NCBI GenBank assembly: GCA_973851085.1
Contig: OZ316776.1
Location: 5,890,001 to 5,954,000 of the forward strand
Direction of reading: 5' to 3'
Source of the DNA: Ptychomitrium polyphyllum
Lineage: Eukaryota
DNA: 64,000 nt
Every line of letters starts with the position of its first letter. Position 1 is the stretch's first letter. The notes under the pieces were generated by a model that made no database searches, was not told the DNA's origin, and worked only from the letters and a program-made list of their open reading frames with translations. Shown here piece after piece: positions 47,737 to 60,500 of the stretch. The translations under genes and the position numbers were made by a program.

Positions 47737-50700
47737 AATTTAACTGACAATTTATTACACATGTTCCCTTTACAATTTTGATATCACATCTCATAGCTTG
47801 TAATGCGTCATATACTCCACTATACATTATTATTTTATTTTCCTTAAAATACAATGAATGTAGGTATAAGACATAAATGCCAAACACCAAGGTTTTATAT
47901 TTTAACTTTTTTGAAGTTATAAATGATAGGCTTAAAAGAAGCAAAACAATGACACCATATGCAAGATATCAGGGAATCAATGTTCGAGATTAATGAAATG
48001 TTACAGAAGTCAATCCCTCCAGCCATGTTTTTTACTTGGCATGTTCAAAAGATCCAATAGGCCTCTCTTTTTCATATTTTATAAAATAGAATGCAAAATC
48101 AAGACAAGATAACTTATCCACTTCTTTTAGAATCCATCTCTTCACTTCCTCTGCTTAATTTTATTTAGAATGTTGTTAATAATATATTATATGTCTACTT
48201 TCTAAAAATTCAACTTCGAAATTCCATTTTTACTTCCAAATTATGCACTGCGTTACAGTTAGTTTCTTAAGTTAGTCTATAGAATAAAGGAATGTTACTT
48301 ACAGCTTATGAATTTATTTTTCATAAACATATCATAAATAATTTTTTTTGAAAGTATTGACATTTTAAGAGCTATCCAAATATTTTTGTTCTTCAAGAAA
48401 TATAATTTTAGAAATAAAAATTTAATTCAACTTATATAAAGCTAATAAAGTATTAAATGATGTAGACAAATTATAATTTTTCAATTTTTCATCATTGGTT
48501 TATACTTCGGTTTGATTTGATATTAAAAACTCATATCAATTACCAATGTGATTACTTCCCAAAAATTTGTTAACAAAATGTCTTAAAAAAATCAAAAAAT
48601 AATTTGTTCTTGATGAGTAATTATGTTTGATGTAAAAAAATTGAGAAGATTGAGTCTTGGTTTTTGCAATAAGTTCTTTTTTTTGTAATTTATCGTGCAT
48701 ATTAATAAAAAAAAAGTAACTATGATAGAATATCATCACTTAGTATCAAATTAATGTGACATGAAGCTAAAAGAAATAAATTTTATAGTTCCACACCAAA
48801 TGATGTTTTAATTTTTAAATAGAAAAATTTAGCATTGCATATTTATAATTTACGCAATTTTTTATACTTTAAAACAAAGTTTGAATAGAATGAATAAGAA
48901 TCTAAGCCACCTTATATATATTATTATATATTGTAAAATTCACCAACAAATGCTTAAAAATACACTAAAATTTTAATCTCTTATACATTCCTACTTTTAT
49001 CTAGTTTTTTTCTTAAAAATTAGCATATCTTTGATAATTAAAATTTCATTGAATTTTTTTTCATACAAAAGCATATATGACATTCTTGAATTAGTTGGAA
49101 AAATGGTCATTTGTTTAGGAATGTTAGAAATGAGTTTTTTTAGATGTTAATAGAACTATTAAAAATAGCATACATGCAATTGTTAGCCAATTAACAAGTG
49201 ATGCAAAATTTAAATATTTAGAGGTTCCGGTATTTGAAGGATTCTTCTACATGTCTATTATCCTCTACAAAGAATATTTGCAATGATCTAGGCAAAAAAA
49301 CAAGAAAATCCCTTTTAGGTTTATGTATAGAAACCTTATAGTTTGATTGTGTTATGTCATTTATGTTTGTCCATCTGTTTGCACTTATAGACTTAATTTT
49401 TTATTTTTACTTTTAAACTTTTATTAATTTAAAAAAATTATTTACTGTTTTCTGTTTATTTTATTTTTTACACTATTTTATTTTTACAATTTTACATAAA
49501 TTTGCATTAATGCCATCACATCAAAGATGTAATAACGGCCATACTTGTTTCATTTGAAAATGGTATATACAATGTAATATTTATCTTTATATTTGTGCAT
49601 TTTGACCAAGCTATGCTTAAAATAGAAGTCACCCTGATATGTGTATCGGACTCCACGTTCTATTTTAGACTACCAATTGGAAACATTATAATTACTTTCA
49701 AAAGGGTTTAGTTTTCAAACTTGGAGTTTGTTATTTCTGGCATATGAGCCAGAGTAGTGTGAAAACTACTTGGGATATAAGTTTTAGATCAAACATTCAT
49801 AGGATTGTTGGTTTGAAAACATGCTGCTGAGTTTTCTGGTTTTCCATAAGCAGAGTGCCATCATTCGTCAAAGTTTTGGTCAAAGTAAGAATTTTGAGCA
49901 AAGTTCTCAATTTATGAAGGTAAACAGGAATGGCCACGTAGATGAAGCAGGTGTAGGCAAAGTAGTATTATACCATATCTTAAATACAATTAGCAAAGAG
50001 CAGCTTCAAAATGGTTATATGTACTAGGGACTATAGAAGTTCAATTCCCAATAAGTAATTTTAATTAAACTGAATCATTGTGAGGTCTTCAAGTTGTACT
50101 AGCCTCCGGGAAAGCTCTTGAAGTTGGGGGTTTGTTACTGCACATCTTCAGCCTGCTCCTCACAGTCGCCACTATATTCTCGTGTTTCAAGTAACTGGCT
50201 CGTAGTTTGCTCCAGATGCTCCGTCCTTCCTTTTGATTAAGTCTAATTGAGTTTGGGCTAATGAGGTGGTGAAAGCAGTCCCCATCATGCAGTGATTAGG
50301 GGCATCCGTCTCCCTCAGCTACTGTAGCCAGCAACTCTTTTCTCTTCGGGAAAGCATGGGCTTCTGTGTATTGAGGTGTGTATGTTGTGTGTAAAAGTAA
50401 TGCCTCTGATTTTTACTCTTTGCAGCTCGTTGGCTGGGTTGGAAAAAGCGGGTGGAAAAGTGTCTGGAAATCTATCGTCTTATCAACTGCTGGCTGCGCT
50501 TTTCAACGTCGGTCGCAAGCATGTGTTGCACGCTTGCACAAAATAATCGTAGGAATTGCAGAGAATAATTTGCATCACTATCAGGAGGACCGAGTTTAAT
50601 TAATGCGTGAAATGACATCATTATGGTCAAAGTTATAGGGAATGTTTAAATGTCACTTGAGGTCAATTAAATTGACAACATCATTATAACTTGTCACAAA

Positions 50701-52866
50701 CAAGTTGATTCTCCAGCTAATTCAACATGAAAGTGAAATAAGATCGACTTTATCTATCTGTATGCCTTCTTTGCAAGGGAGCTTAGATACTCTGATGTGC
50801 TTCTTCAAGCAGAGAAAAATGTAGAGTTCCAATTTATGAAACTGGTTACTAATAATGTGCCCTATGATGCTGGATGAACTATACCTGCTATATTCAGTTA
50901 CTGTTTACAAGACATTCTATTCATTCAAAGCATGTTCAACAGCTGAAGAACATGTTCCTAACAAATTGCAATTTGCATCTCTAGTTAGTGTGATCCTTTT
51001 GATTTCTCTAGTTGTTACTACCTCTTCATCCCTTCTACAACAATAAATCCTGATATCCTCGTTTAGAGGTCATTTTGAATTTTGTTAATGTCATTATCAT
51101 AAGTGGGTTTCATTTGGTGGAGAGGGAAGGTGTAGGTAGCAGATTGTGGGGATTGCAGTTACAGTTCATCTAGAAAGAACTCAGAGATAAGGGTTGGAAT
51201 TAAAAAACACCATGATGTTATCTTTAAGAACAATCAACCTAAGGATGCAGCAATAATCACAATTTATAATTTCTTGATTTTCTCAAAGTTTTAAACAAAA
51301 TTTGTTAATCATCTCTAGAACTAGCCTATTTGGATTTTTTTTGAAGGAATATATTTTCTTGACAACACTATGAAAGACATCTAAAGATAAAATGTCTACT
51401 TCTTTATTTTTTGAAGCTTCAACTTGGCCTCAAGTACAAATATTTAAATGCCCCTTAACTACAATTATTATTGTTAGTATTAGTATTGTTATCATTGTTA
51501 TTGTTGTTGTTGTTATTATCATTATGTTTAAAAAAAAATCATTCATGTCTAGCAATTGATTAGATGTTTTAACGCTAAAAATATGCTATTTCAAATTTCA
51601 GATTAACAAGTGGCAATAAGACAAAATTTTGAATTTTTTAAATGATAATACATTATAATTTATGGTTGCAATTTGATTCCATGTCTACATGCACAACGTT
51701 GAAGTTATGCTTGCTTTTAAATGCCTAGCATTTATATAATGATGGATCACATCTTTAAATCATTATACATGGTGTATAATAAATCCTTACATACCTTCAA
51801 AGTGTCTATAAAATCATACATAAAGATGTCTTGTGTATAAAAAATTGCACATCAATCTATTATACGATAGTGACATCGTACATAGCATATTCAACAACGT
51901 GAAGGGATTTAATGGAGAGTTCATGTTTCCTTGCACCAATCAATCAATATAAATCAAAACTTCAATGAGCCATAGGCAATACTAAAATAAACTTTTAAAA
52001 AAATAACAAAGATTGAAATTACAACTTCAACATCTTTATTATCATTTACATCTTTACTTATATTGGCCATGACGTTATGAATTTTAGGAGAATTTTGAGG
52101 TAAGTATGAATTTTCTTCAATAATTCCTTTGTTTATATAGCAAAAACAACAAAAATATTATGTTAAAAGCAAGATAGATTCTATAAGTGTACTTGTACAT
52201 ATCAATAATAAATAAAGCAAAGAAAACCAATAATTTGATATTTTATGGAAATCTTGAAATATAAATAAGCAATGTATTCTATAAATAAAGAATCCAACTA
52301 GCAAAAGCATCCTCGTCCAATCTACCACCTAATCTAAAGCCTTTATAATAATTACAATTAAATTATTAATATTAATTCCATCTACCACTTGCTTAAGTGC
52401 AATAAAGAATAATGCTCTTATCCAATTTTTTTGGAAACATCTAATTGTCATTATTTTTGATATTTACCTCTTCAACAAAACCAATTATAAATTGAATATT
52501 GCTTATTACATTTAAAATTACAAGCTTCAATTTATACAATTTCGTTTTTGTGCTTCATAAAGATATTCCATTTTGGAATGAAATGCAAGGTCTTTTGCCA
52601 TGATGAGAGCTAGAGCAAAAATTACTTCTTGCCATGGCAATTTAGTTATATGCACCATCTAAAAGATACAAGTAGCATTGTGGTTTCTTCTACATTTCTA
52701 TAAAGAAAGGCCTTCATTATTGTCATCATCTTTTTCATCCAAGACATTAAACTTTTAGAAGTTACTAAAATCTATGTATTCAACATTATTTTAATCCATA
52801 TTGAAAGAACCATGGCCTATTTAGTAACAACCTAACATTTTCAATGTTAATAAGAATGAAATCAAT

Positions 52867-53345
52867 TATTGAAGAAATGCAACAAGACTAGAAAATGAAT
52901 GCAACAAGGCTATCTACTACAAGCAAGAAGAGAGACCAAATTTCAATAAGAGAAGTGTGGAGCAAGATGACTCCCACACCCAAAACCACTTTACTTATAC
53001 TCAAGGGTCATCCACCAAAGCGTGCCACTTGATGTCTATACATTCGCCTTCACTAATGAGTGCCACATAGCGGCCACCAATGAATGCTGTGTGGCACCAC
53101 CTATGAGTGCCATGTGACGACTCCAATGAGTGCTATATGGCGGCTAATCCTAGCTGCCACCAAACCCTAGTTGCCACTTAAATCCTAATTGCCATTTTCT
53201 CAATCCTAACATTTATATATCTCTCTACCTTCTTCCTTGACATGCCTTTGACCACTAGCAACATCTCAAGTCCAATATGAAGGCACTTCAACTTGAATCA
53301 CTATATATCTTCTATTTATTTCAACAATTCCAACATCCATTTGCT
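52867..53345 (-). repeat. Degenerate copia 3' LTR (copia 2-related) with a PPT remnant
   Basis: Reverse complement matches the copia 2 LTR (agagaagtgtggagcaaga..actccca..tttacttatac); ends ...cttcaata on the minus strand; tccatttgc next to the TG end resembles the PPT. Confidence 0.75.
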
Positions 53346-53379
53346 TTTGACCATTGCTAATTACTTCTTTTTAATCATT

Positions 53380-53599
53380 ATTGTTACTGATAAAGTAACA
53401 ATAAGGCAAGGCTTCAAGACTCCATAATCTGGAATAAGGTATGTCTAAGGTATATTAGAAATAAAAAACTATATCAAAGTACAAAGACGGAATTAGAAGG
53501 TCTGATCTAGACCACAAGATATGCATTGTTGAAGCTGAAGATTCCTTCAGCTTCAACTCTTATATACCATGACTACAGCCTTGGAAGCTTCTTGAGAAG
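53380..53599 (-). repeat. Partial family B LTR interrupted by copia 3
   Basis: aaggcttcaaga..tgtctaaggtatattagaaataaa..ctagaccacaaga shared with 31502-31720. Confidence 0.7.
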
Positions 53600-56500
53600 T
53601 GTTGGAAATTAAAGCATTAGGTTGCTCGTAGTCTTAGAGTTAGTGTGGAATATAATTAATAAGATGGAGAGTGCAAGAATAAATCCATAATGGTTGAAAC
53701 AGTGGATTGAAGAATTTACCCATATTGATTGTAAGGCTCATGTAGTTTGAGAAGAATAAAGGGCATAGCAAGGAGTGGAGTTTGAATCTCATTCCAAGCA
53801 ATGTTTGCATACCTTGTGTATTGTGCTTGTGCAATTTTTTTATTTTTTTTATTGTTTCTCAATAGGTTATAGGCCCACTCATGCTTGTTGTGTGAGTTGG
53901 AATTTAGATTGCCTTTGTATTTGGAGGAGCATCTTGAAAGAGGCACAAGGGTTGATCTGGAGGTCATATAATCTTTGGAGGTGATCTGGAGGTGATATAA
54001 GCTTTGGAGGTGCCCAAGTTCTCATTTGGAGGCGACTGGAGAAGCTTGGTACGTTGGAAGTGTCTTGAAAGTGCACTTTAGGCTTGTAAATTTTGTATTA
54101 AGTGCTTGAGTTGCTTGATTATATGATTTGAGTCTAAAAGGAACCAATTTGAGTGCTTTGAGACTACTTTGTGCATATTTGAACTCTATAGGGGCTTTCT
54201 TGAGTGTTTAGGTGCAAAAGTGCACATTTGAGCCCAAAGGAGGGTTGATTTGTGTTATTAGGGCCTAATAAGAGCTAATTTGAGTTGGTTTAGAATTTAA
54301 AAGGCTTAGTTGGGCATAATAAGGACTAGTTTGAGTTGGTTTAGAGTTTAAAGGACTTAGTTGGGCAAGAGATGGCGTCATTTGAAGGTGAGAGTGCTAA
54401 GGTGGTTGACATTTGAAGGCAAGAGTACTAAGGTGGTTGACAAGTTCAATGGAGAGAACTTCAACCTTTGGAAGTTCAAGATGGAAATGGTGTTGGATTC
54501 TATTGTTGACAATTTTGAGGAGGCTCCTTCCTTGGATGCCAACTCCAAGGTCATAAAAAACTACAAACGGTATGTAAAGAATGCAATTCCCGTCATTGGG
54601 CTCAATTTGGTGGACAACCAACTTACCCACATCAGAAGTCGCAAGGGGCCAACAGAGACAAAGAGCTTGTCCAACATCTTCTTTACTCGCCATAAGCTCT
54701 TTAAATGCAAAATGTAAGGAGGTGATGATATATTGGACCATATCAACAAGATCAAGGTGCTTGTAAATCAACTTGCTTGTTTGGACCACCCCATGAGAAA
54801 TGAGGAAATTGTCGTCATCTTGCTTGAGAATTTGCCACCCTCCTACAAGCACTTGATTGTAGCTTTGGAGACCGTGCCCATAAAGGAACTCAAGATGGAC
54901 TTTGTCACCTTGCGATTGATGCATGAAGACTCTAAGAAGAAGGAGTAGGAGCACGAAAGTGATGGTGCTGCCATGGTATCACGCCAAGGCAAATGGGGCA
55001 ATCCATCAACATGAGGATATCAATCACCACGTGGAAATCCATCAATATTAGGCAAAGATACCAGGGTTTGCTACAATAGTGGTAAACCAAGCCACCTTGG
55101 ATAAGGCCGAAAGAGGCGAGAGGGAGAATGCCAACAATGTGATGGACCACCTTAGAAGAGATAATTGTGCCTTGATGGCAAGAGAAGGAACGTCCATTGC
55201 CGCCTTGTTCAAGTGGATAGTGGATTCGGGTGCTATGAAGCACATGACGCCTCATAGGTGCTCATGGGTGATGATGGTGTGGTGGAAGCTGTTGGAATGA
55301 GGTGTGTTAATGTGGAGGTTTGTATTTGAGGCAAATCCAAGCGCATGACATTCAAGGACGTGAAGGTGTGTTGTGGTGGAGGTTTTTATAAGAGGCAAGT
55401 CCAAGCGCATGACATTCAAGGATGTACTTCATGTGCCAAAGATGAAGTCCAACCTTTTTTTGATGAGCAAAATTGTGATGAGAGGATTCATGGTGCATTT
55501 CAACATGGATGGGAGTTTTGTAAGGTCTTCCAAGGGAGAGGTAGTTGCCACAAGTTCAAGAAATGGCAACCTCTACTTTATTGTGAATGGAGTGGCAATC
55601 AACTCTTAGGTACCTGCTTGTAAAGGTTGCATCCAAGGCAAACGATACATGGCTTCTTTTCCAAGTGGAGTTGCAATATGTGCCACTAAGTTGTTGGAGA
55701 TTAAGCATTCAGTTTTGTGTGGACCCATGAGAACCACATCATTGGGAGGGCAAGGTATTTTGTCACCTTCATTGGTGACTTCTCAAGGAAGGTGTGGGTA
55801 TTCATCCTCAAGGCTAAGAGCAAGTGCTTTGCAAGATTCAAGGAATCTAAGGCACTTGTGGAGAACCAAAGCGGGTGCAAGATTAAAGTATTGTACACAG
55901 ACAATGGTGGTGAGTTCTTCTCCAAGCACTTTGATCGTCTCTTGAAAGGTGAAGGCATTGCTAGGCAAACCTCCACTCCATACACTTTGCAACAAAATGG
56001 AATAGTTAAGAGGGCCAACCGCACCATTGTAGAGATGACAAGGAGCATGTTGCATGCCCAACATCTTGGGCATGAATTGTGGGTGGAAGCAATGGTGAAT
56101 GCAATGTACACCAGGAATAGGTGCTCCACAAGTGCTCTTGCATGTATGACCAGTGAATAAGCTTGGAGTGGCAAGAGGCCTTGTGTCTTCCACATGAGGA
56201 CCTTTGGATGCATTACATATGCAAAGGTGCCCGATTGTATGAGGTCCAAGCTTGATGCAAAAGGTACAAGGTGCATCTTCTTGGGTTATTGTGAAGGCAC
56301 CAAGGCCTACAAGCTCATGTATGTGGTGAGCAAGATTTTAAAGAGTTGTGCTGTTGAGTTTTTGAAGTACAAGAGTGCTTGTGAGCACTTGGAGATGTGT
56401 TCAAATGGGAGTAGAGATGTGTTTGTTGACACATCTTGCAGTCCATCAAATGAAGGTGGTGGAAATGTGATTGAAGGTGAAGGAGCAAAGAAGGTGGACA

Positions 56501-57532
56501 AGAGGGCGTCCTCCACTCCTAAGACGAGCACAAGAGCTCCACAAGGTGGTGAAGTTGTGGTTCTTCAAAGAATGGAAGAGGAACTTCTAGAGGAGAGTAG
56601 GCTTGATGGAGATGATGCATCACAAGAAGGACAAGCTGTATCAAGCAATAGGAGGTATTCTATGAGAGAGAAGAGGCCTCTTGGTGAATGGTGGAAGAAC
56701 CACATCTTCTCCCAAGTAAGTGAAGAACATGCAAATGTTTCTCTTCTTTCAGATCTATTGACTTTGTGTGATGCATTGAAGTCCACGAATGCCATGAAGT
56801 AAGAGGAGGCCATGCAAGAAGAGTACAAGTCCTTTATGGACAATGGCACATGGGAGTTGACTCGACTTCCTCCAAATTGTGGTTGTATAGGTTGCAAGTG
56901 GGTATTTAGAACCAAGAGGGATGCAATGGGTGGTATTGTGAGGCACAAGGCAAGGTTAATTGCAAATGGATACTCACAAGTTGTTGGTGTAGACTTCAGC
57001 GAAACATTTGCACTTGTGGTCAAATTCACCACCATTAGGACCATCTTGGCAATTGTTGCACCCATGGACTTGGAGATCCATCAAATGGACGTGAAAATGG
57101 TGTTTGTGAATGGAGACTTGCAGGAGGATATCTACATGGAGTAGCCACTAGGGTTTGTGCATGAAGGCTTGGAACACCTCGTGTGCAAGTTGAAGAAGAC
57201 CTTGTAAGGGCTCAAACAATCACCAAGAGCATGGTATCAGCGCATCAATGCATTCTTTAGGAAGGAAGGGTTTGTGAGAAGTGAGGCAGACTTATCCTTG
57301 TATGTAATACAGACTATAGAATTCTTGTTGATTGTAATCCTTTATGTGGATGACTGATCATATTGGCCAATCTCATGGAGAAGTTAAAGTGGTTGAAGGC
57401 CAAGTTAGAGGAAGAGTTTGAGATGAGTGATTTGGGCGAGCTGCACTATTGCTTTGGAGTGGAGTTTGTAATGCTTTGGAGTGGAGTTTGTTAGAAATTG
57501 TGCAAAAAAGACCATCACCATGAGCTAGAAGG
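53600..57532 (+). mobile_element. Ty1/copia element 3 (5' LTR 53600-53864, PBS 53865-53877), degenerate, interrupted in RT by a gypsy insertion
   Basis: tgttgg...ctcaata then ggttataggccca; gag from 54372 (DKFNGENFNLWKFKMEMVL); WIVDSGAMKHM; TDNGGEF; KARLIANG; QMDVK. Confidence 0.9.
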
Positions 57533-60500
57533 TGTTAGGGACATAAGAAACAAGAAGCAAAAACGAAGTGTTTTCCAAGAATTAGCTTCCAAAGAGCTAA
57601 TGATTAATTAGAACTTGATACAAAGACTAGAATAAGGCAGGATTCAAGATGATCTACAACTTGTGTTGGCAAGACTAAGGAATACCTTGTCTTGCCTCCT
57701 ATTTATACTATGACGCTTGTATCCCCTAGGATACTTTTAAAGAAGCTTTCTACAAGGCTTAAAAAAGTTCTGGAAGTCTAGAGAACCTTCCCAAGAAGTA
57801 TCCTAAGATGTTGGAACCTTCCTAAGAAGCTTTCAAAGAGTTGGAACCTTTATAAAGTAGGAAGTTTCCTAAAGTAGCGGAACCTTCCTAGAAAGTATCC
57901 TAAGATGATGGAACCTTCCTAGGAAATTTTCTAAGATGATGGAACTTTCCTAGGAAGTTTCCTAAGGTGATGGAATCTTTTTAGGAAGTTTCCTAGGAAG
58001 TTACCTAAGATAATAGAACCTTCCTAGGAAATTTCCTAAGGTGGAGGAACTTTCCTAGGAAGCTTCCTAAGAACTTGAAAAGGCTATGGAGACATCTAAA
58101 AGTATTCTAAGAAGCTATTATAGTATACTAGAAGGTTCTAGAATGTTGTAAGGACTATGTCGCATGATCTATGTCCGTGACATCACCTCCCCATTTAGCT
58201 ACGAGTCCCATGAGGAGCTCTTTTCTTGGCTTGCTTGTCACATTTCTACAAATTCCAAAATTTGTCGAAAGAGTGAAACAACATACTCTGCTTGTTGTTT
58301 TTTGTTCACTGGCTTAACTGGTCCTTGCAAAAAACGCCGATGGCCACCAGCCAAGACTTCTGTTGTTGAAATGTTCCATCCCAAGATCTGATCTTGATTA
58401 AGTCCTTCAAAACATCCTCCAAATAAGATTTTGGGTCCTCCAAGAGTGACTCTTCCATTTTTAATAAGATGACTAGAGCGCGAGCATCTGAATCAAGACT
58501 AGAATGTGAAGGGCAACTCGCCAATACTTCTGCACGAGGTTGTACTTAACGTTGGGATGTTCCTCCCAGATCTTGACTTAGATCCTCCGTTACCGAGGGC
58601 TGAGAAAGTTGAGTTGGCTCAACAGATGCTGTTGTTGATGAAGGCATGGCCGACTGCTCTTCACGCATATCCATGATAACACGAAGATTTGACGTACTCG
58701 CTAGGATCTAGAAATGATCTATCTTGGAAATAACGCTGCATACAATTGGAGGTTTGGATATCTCTCCTCCCTTCTTATATTTGACTATGAAGGAAAAACT
58801 TCTCTGTGAAGCTAACGGCTGCTGATGGCACATCATCACTGACCTGGTTTCTGAGGATATCTTTGATGAAATTCGCGTATCTTCTCGGATGCATTTGTTA
58901 CATTTGTTGAAGGTTCCCATGTTTGGTCATTGATGCCATATCTTTGCCAATGTATAAGGTACTTCACATGTCCGTTCTTGATGCGTGAATCTAAGATCTC
59001 TTCCAATTTGTATTCAATTTCATTATTGATTTCTAGCGGAAGAGGCGGAACGACAATTCTCTCTGGTATAAATGATTTGTTATAAGTTTCAAACAACGAT
59101 ATGGAAAACACTGGATGAATTTGCATGCTTGGTGGTAGCTTTAGGCGATAACTAATCGGATTTATTTGTTTGCTAATTTCAAACGGTCCCAGATTTTGAT
59201 AGTCCAACTTCTTTGATGGTCATTTTGTTTGTATATTTTGTCGTAGGAGCCATACACTATCTCCAACCTTGAACTTTGGATGGTCCTTTTGATGGCAATC
59301 TGCATATGTTTTGTAACGATCTTGAGCTTGTTGTAACTGGAAAGTAATTTCTTGATGGATTTTAGTAAGTTGAATTGCAAATTCCTCTACTGCAAGACTT
59401 CCAACATGCTTCTTTTGAAATGAATCTGCTCAAGAATGATGCCCATAGTTTGCAAAGAATAGACTTTGAGTTGTTTAGAAATGCATTGTATTATTGTAAG
59501 CAAACTCTGCCAAAGGCAAGAGGTCCATCCAGTTGTCTTGTTGGTAGTTTACACTACAATAAAGGTATTGCTCCAAAATTTGATTCACAGGTTCAATTTG
59601 ACCATCAGTTTGTGGATGGTGTGCTGAAGAAAGATTGATCTTTACACCCAACAGCTAGAATAGAACCCTTTAAAAGTTGGAAATGAATTGCGGCCCTTGA
59701 TTGGATACAATATCATCTGGTAGTCTATGTATGCGGTAGACATGATTTAAAAACAACTTGGCAGTTTCTTCTCCCGTTACCGTCTTATTGCATGGAATGA
59801 AATGTGCCATTTTGGTAAATCGATCCACCACTACCAAAATAGAATCCTTAGAATCGGAATTTGGAAGGTTTGTGATAAAATCCATTAACAACAAAAAGCA
59901 TGGACCGTTTGGTACTAGAAGCGGATGGAGGAGACTATGAAGTTGGTGCGTTGGTACCTTGGCTCTTGCACAAGTATTGCATGATCAAATAAAGTCCTTC
60001 ACGTACTTCCACATTTGTGGCCACCAATAGTCTCTTGCAATCAACTCCATTGTTTTATTGAATCCAAAATGTCTAGCTGCTAGAAAATCATGACGTGCTT
60101 GAAGGATCTTCAACTGCAAAGGGCCTAGAGGTAGGTACAAAAGTTTTTTATAATAAAGTAGGCCCTCTTGGATTTCAAAGTGCTCATCGCTATTTGAAGG
60201 ATTTCCATTGTCTTTGAAGCGCTTCTTTATATTTGGAACAAGGACGTCATTCTTTAAAGCCTTCCAAATTTTGTCAAGATGGGATGTTGTTGTAATAATG
60301 GCTGCTTTCAATTGAAGATTCCCAGGCTTCAATAAAATAGTCCTTTGTTGATTCAAAACATCATCTCCAAATTGAAGAGCTAAAGAAGATCTTCGAGATA
60401 AAGCATCTAGCTTACCTTGCAAGCTACCAGATCGGTAGGTAATGACAAAGTCAAATCTAAAAAGCGACATACTCCACCTTGCTTGACGGCAATTCAAAAT

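Noticed and set aside
44900..49700. Short ORFs in AT-rich intergenic DNA
   Set aside because: Low-complexity, I/K/F/N-rich translations with no motifs, consistent with decayed repeats.
50040..50600. GC-richer island that could be an exon
   Set aside because: No recognisable protein motif or consistent splice structure.
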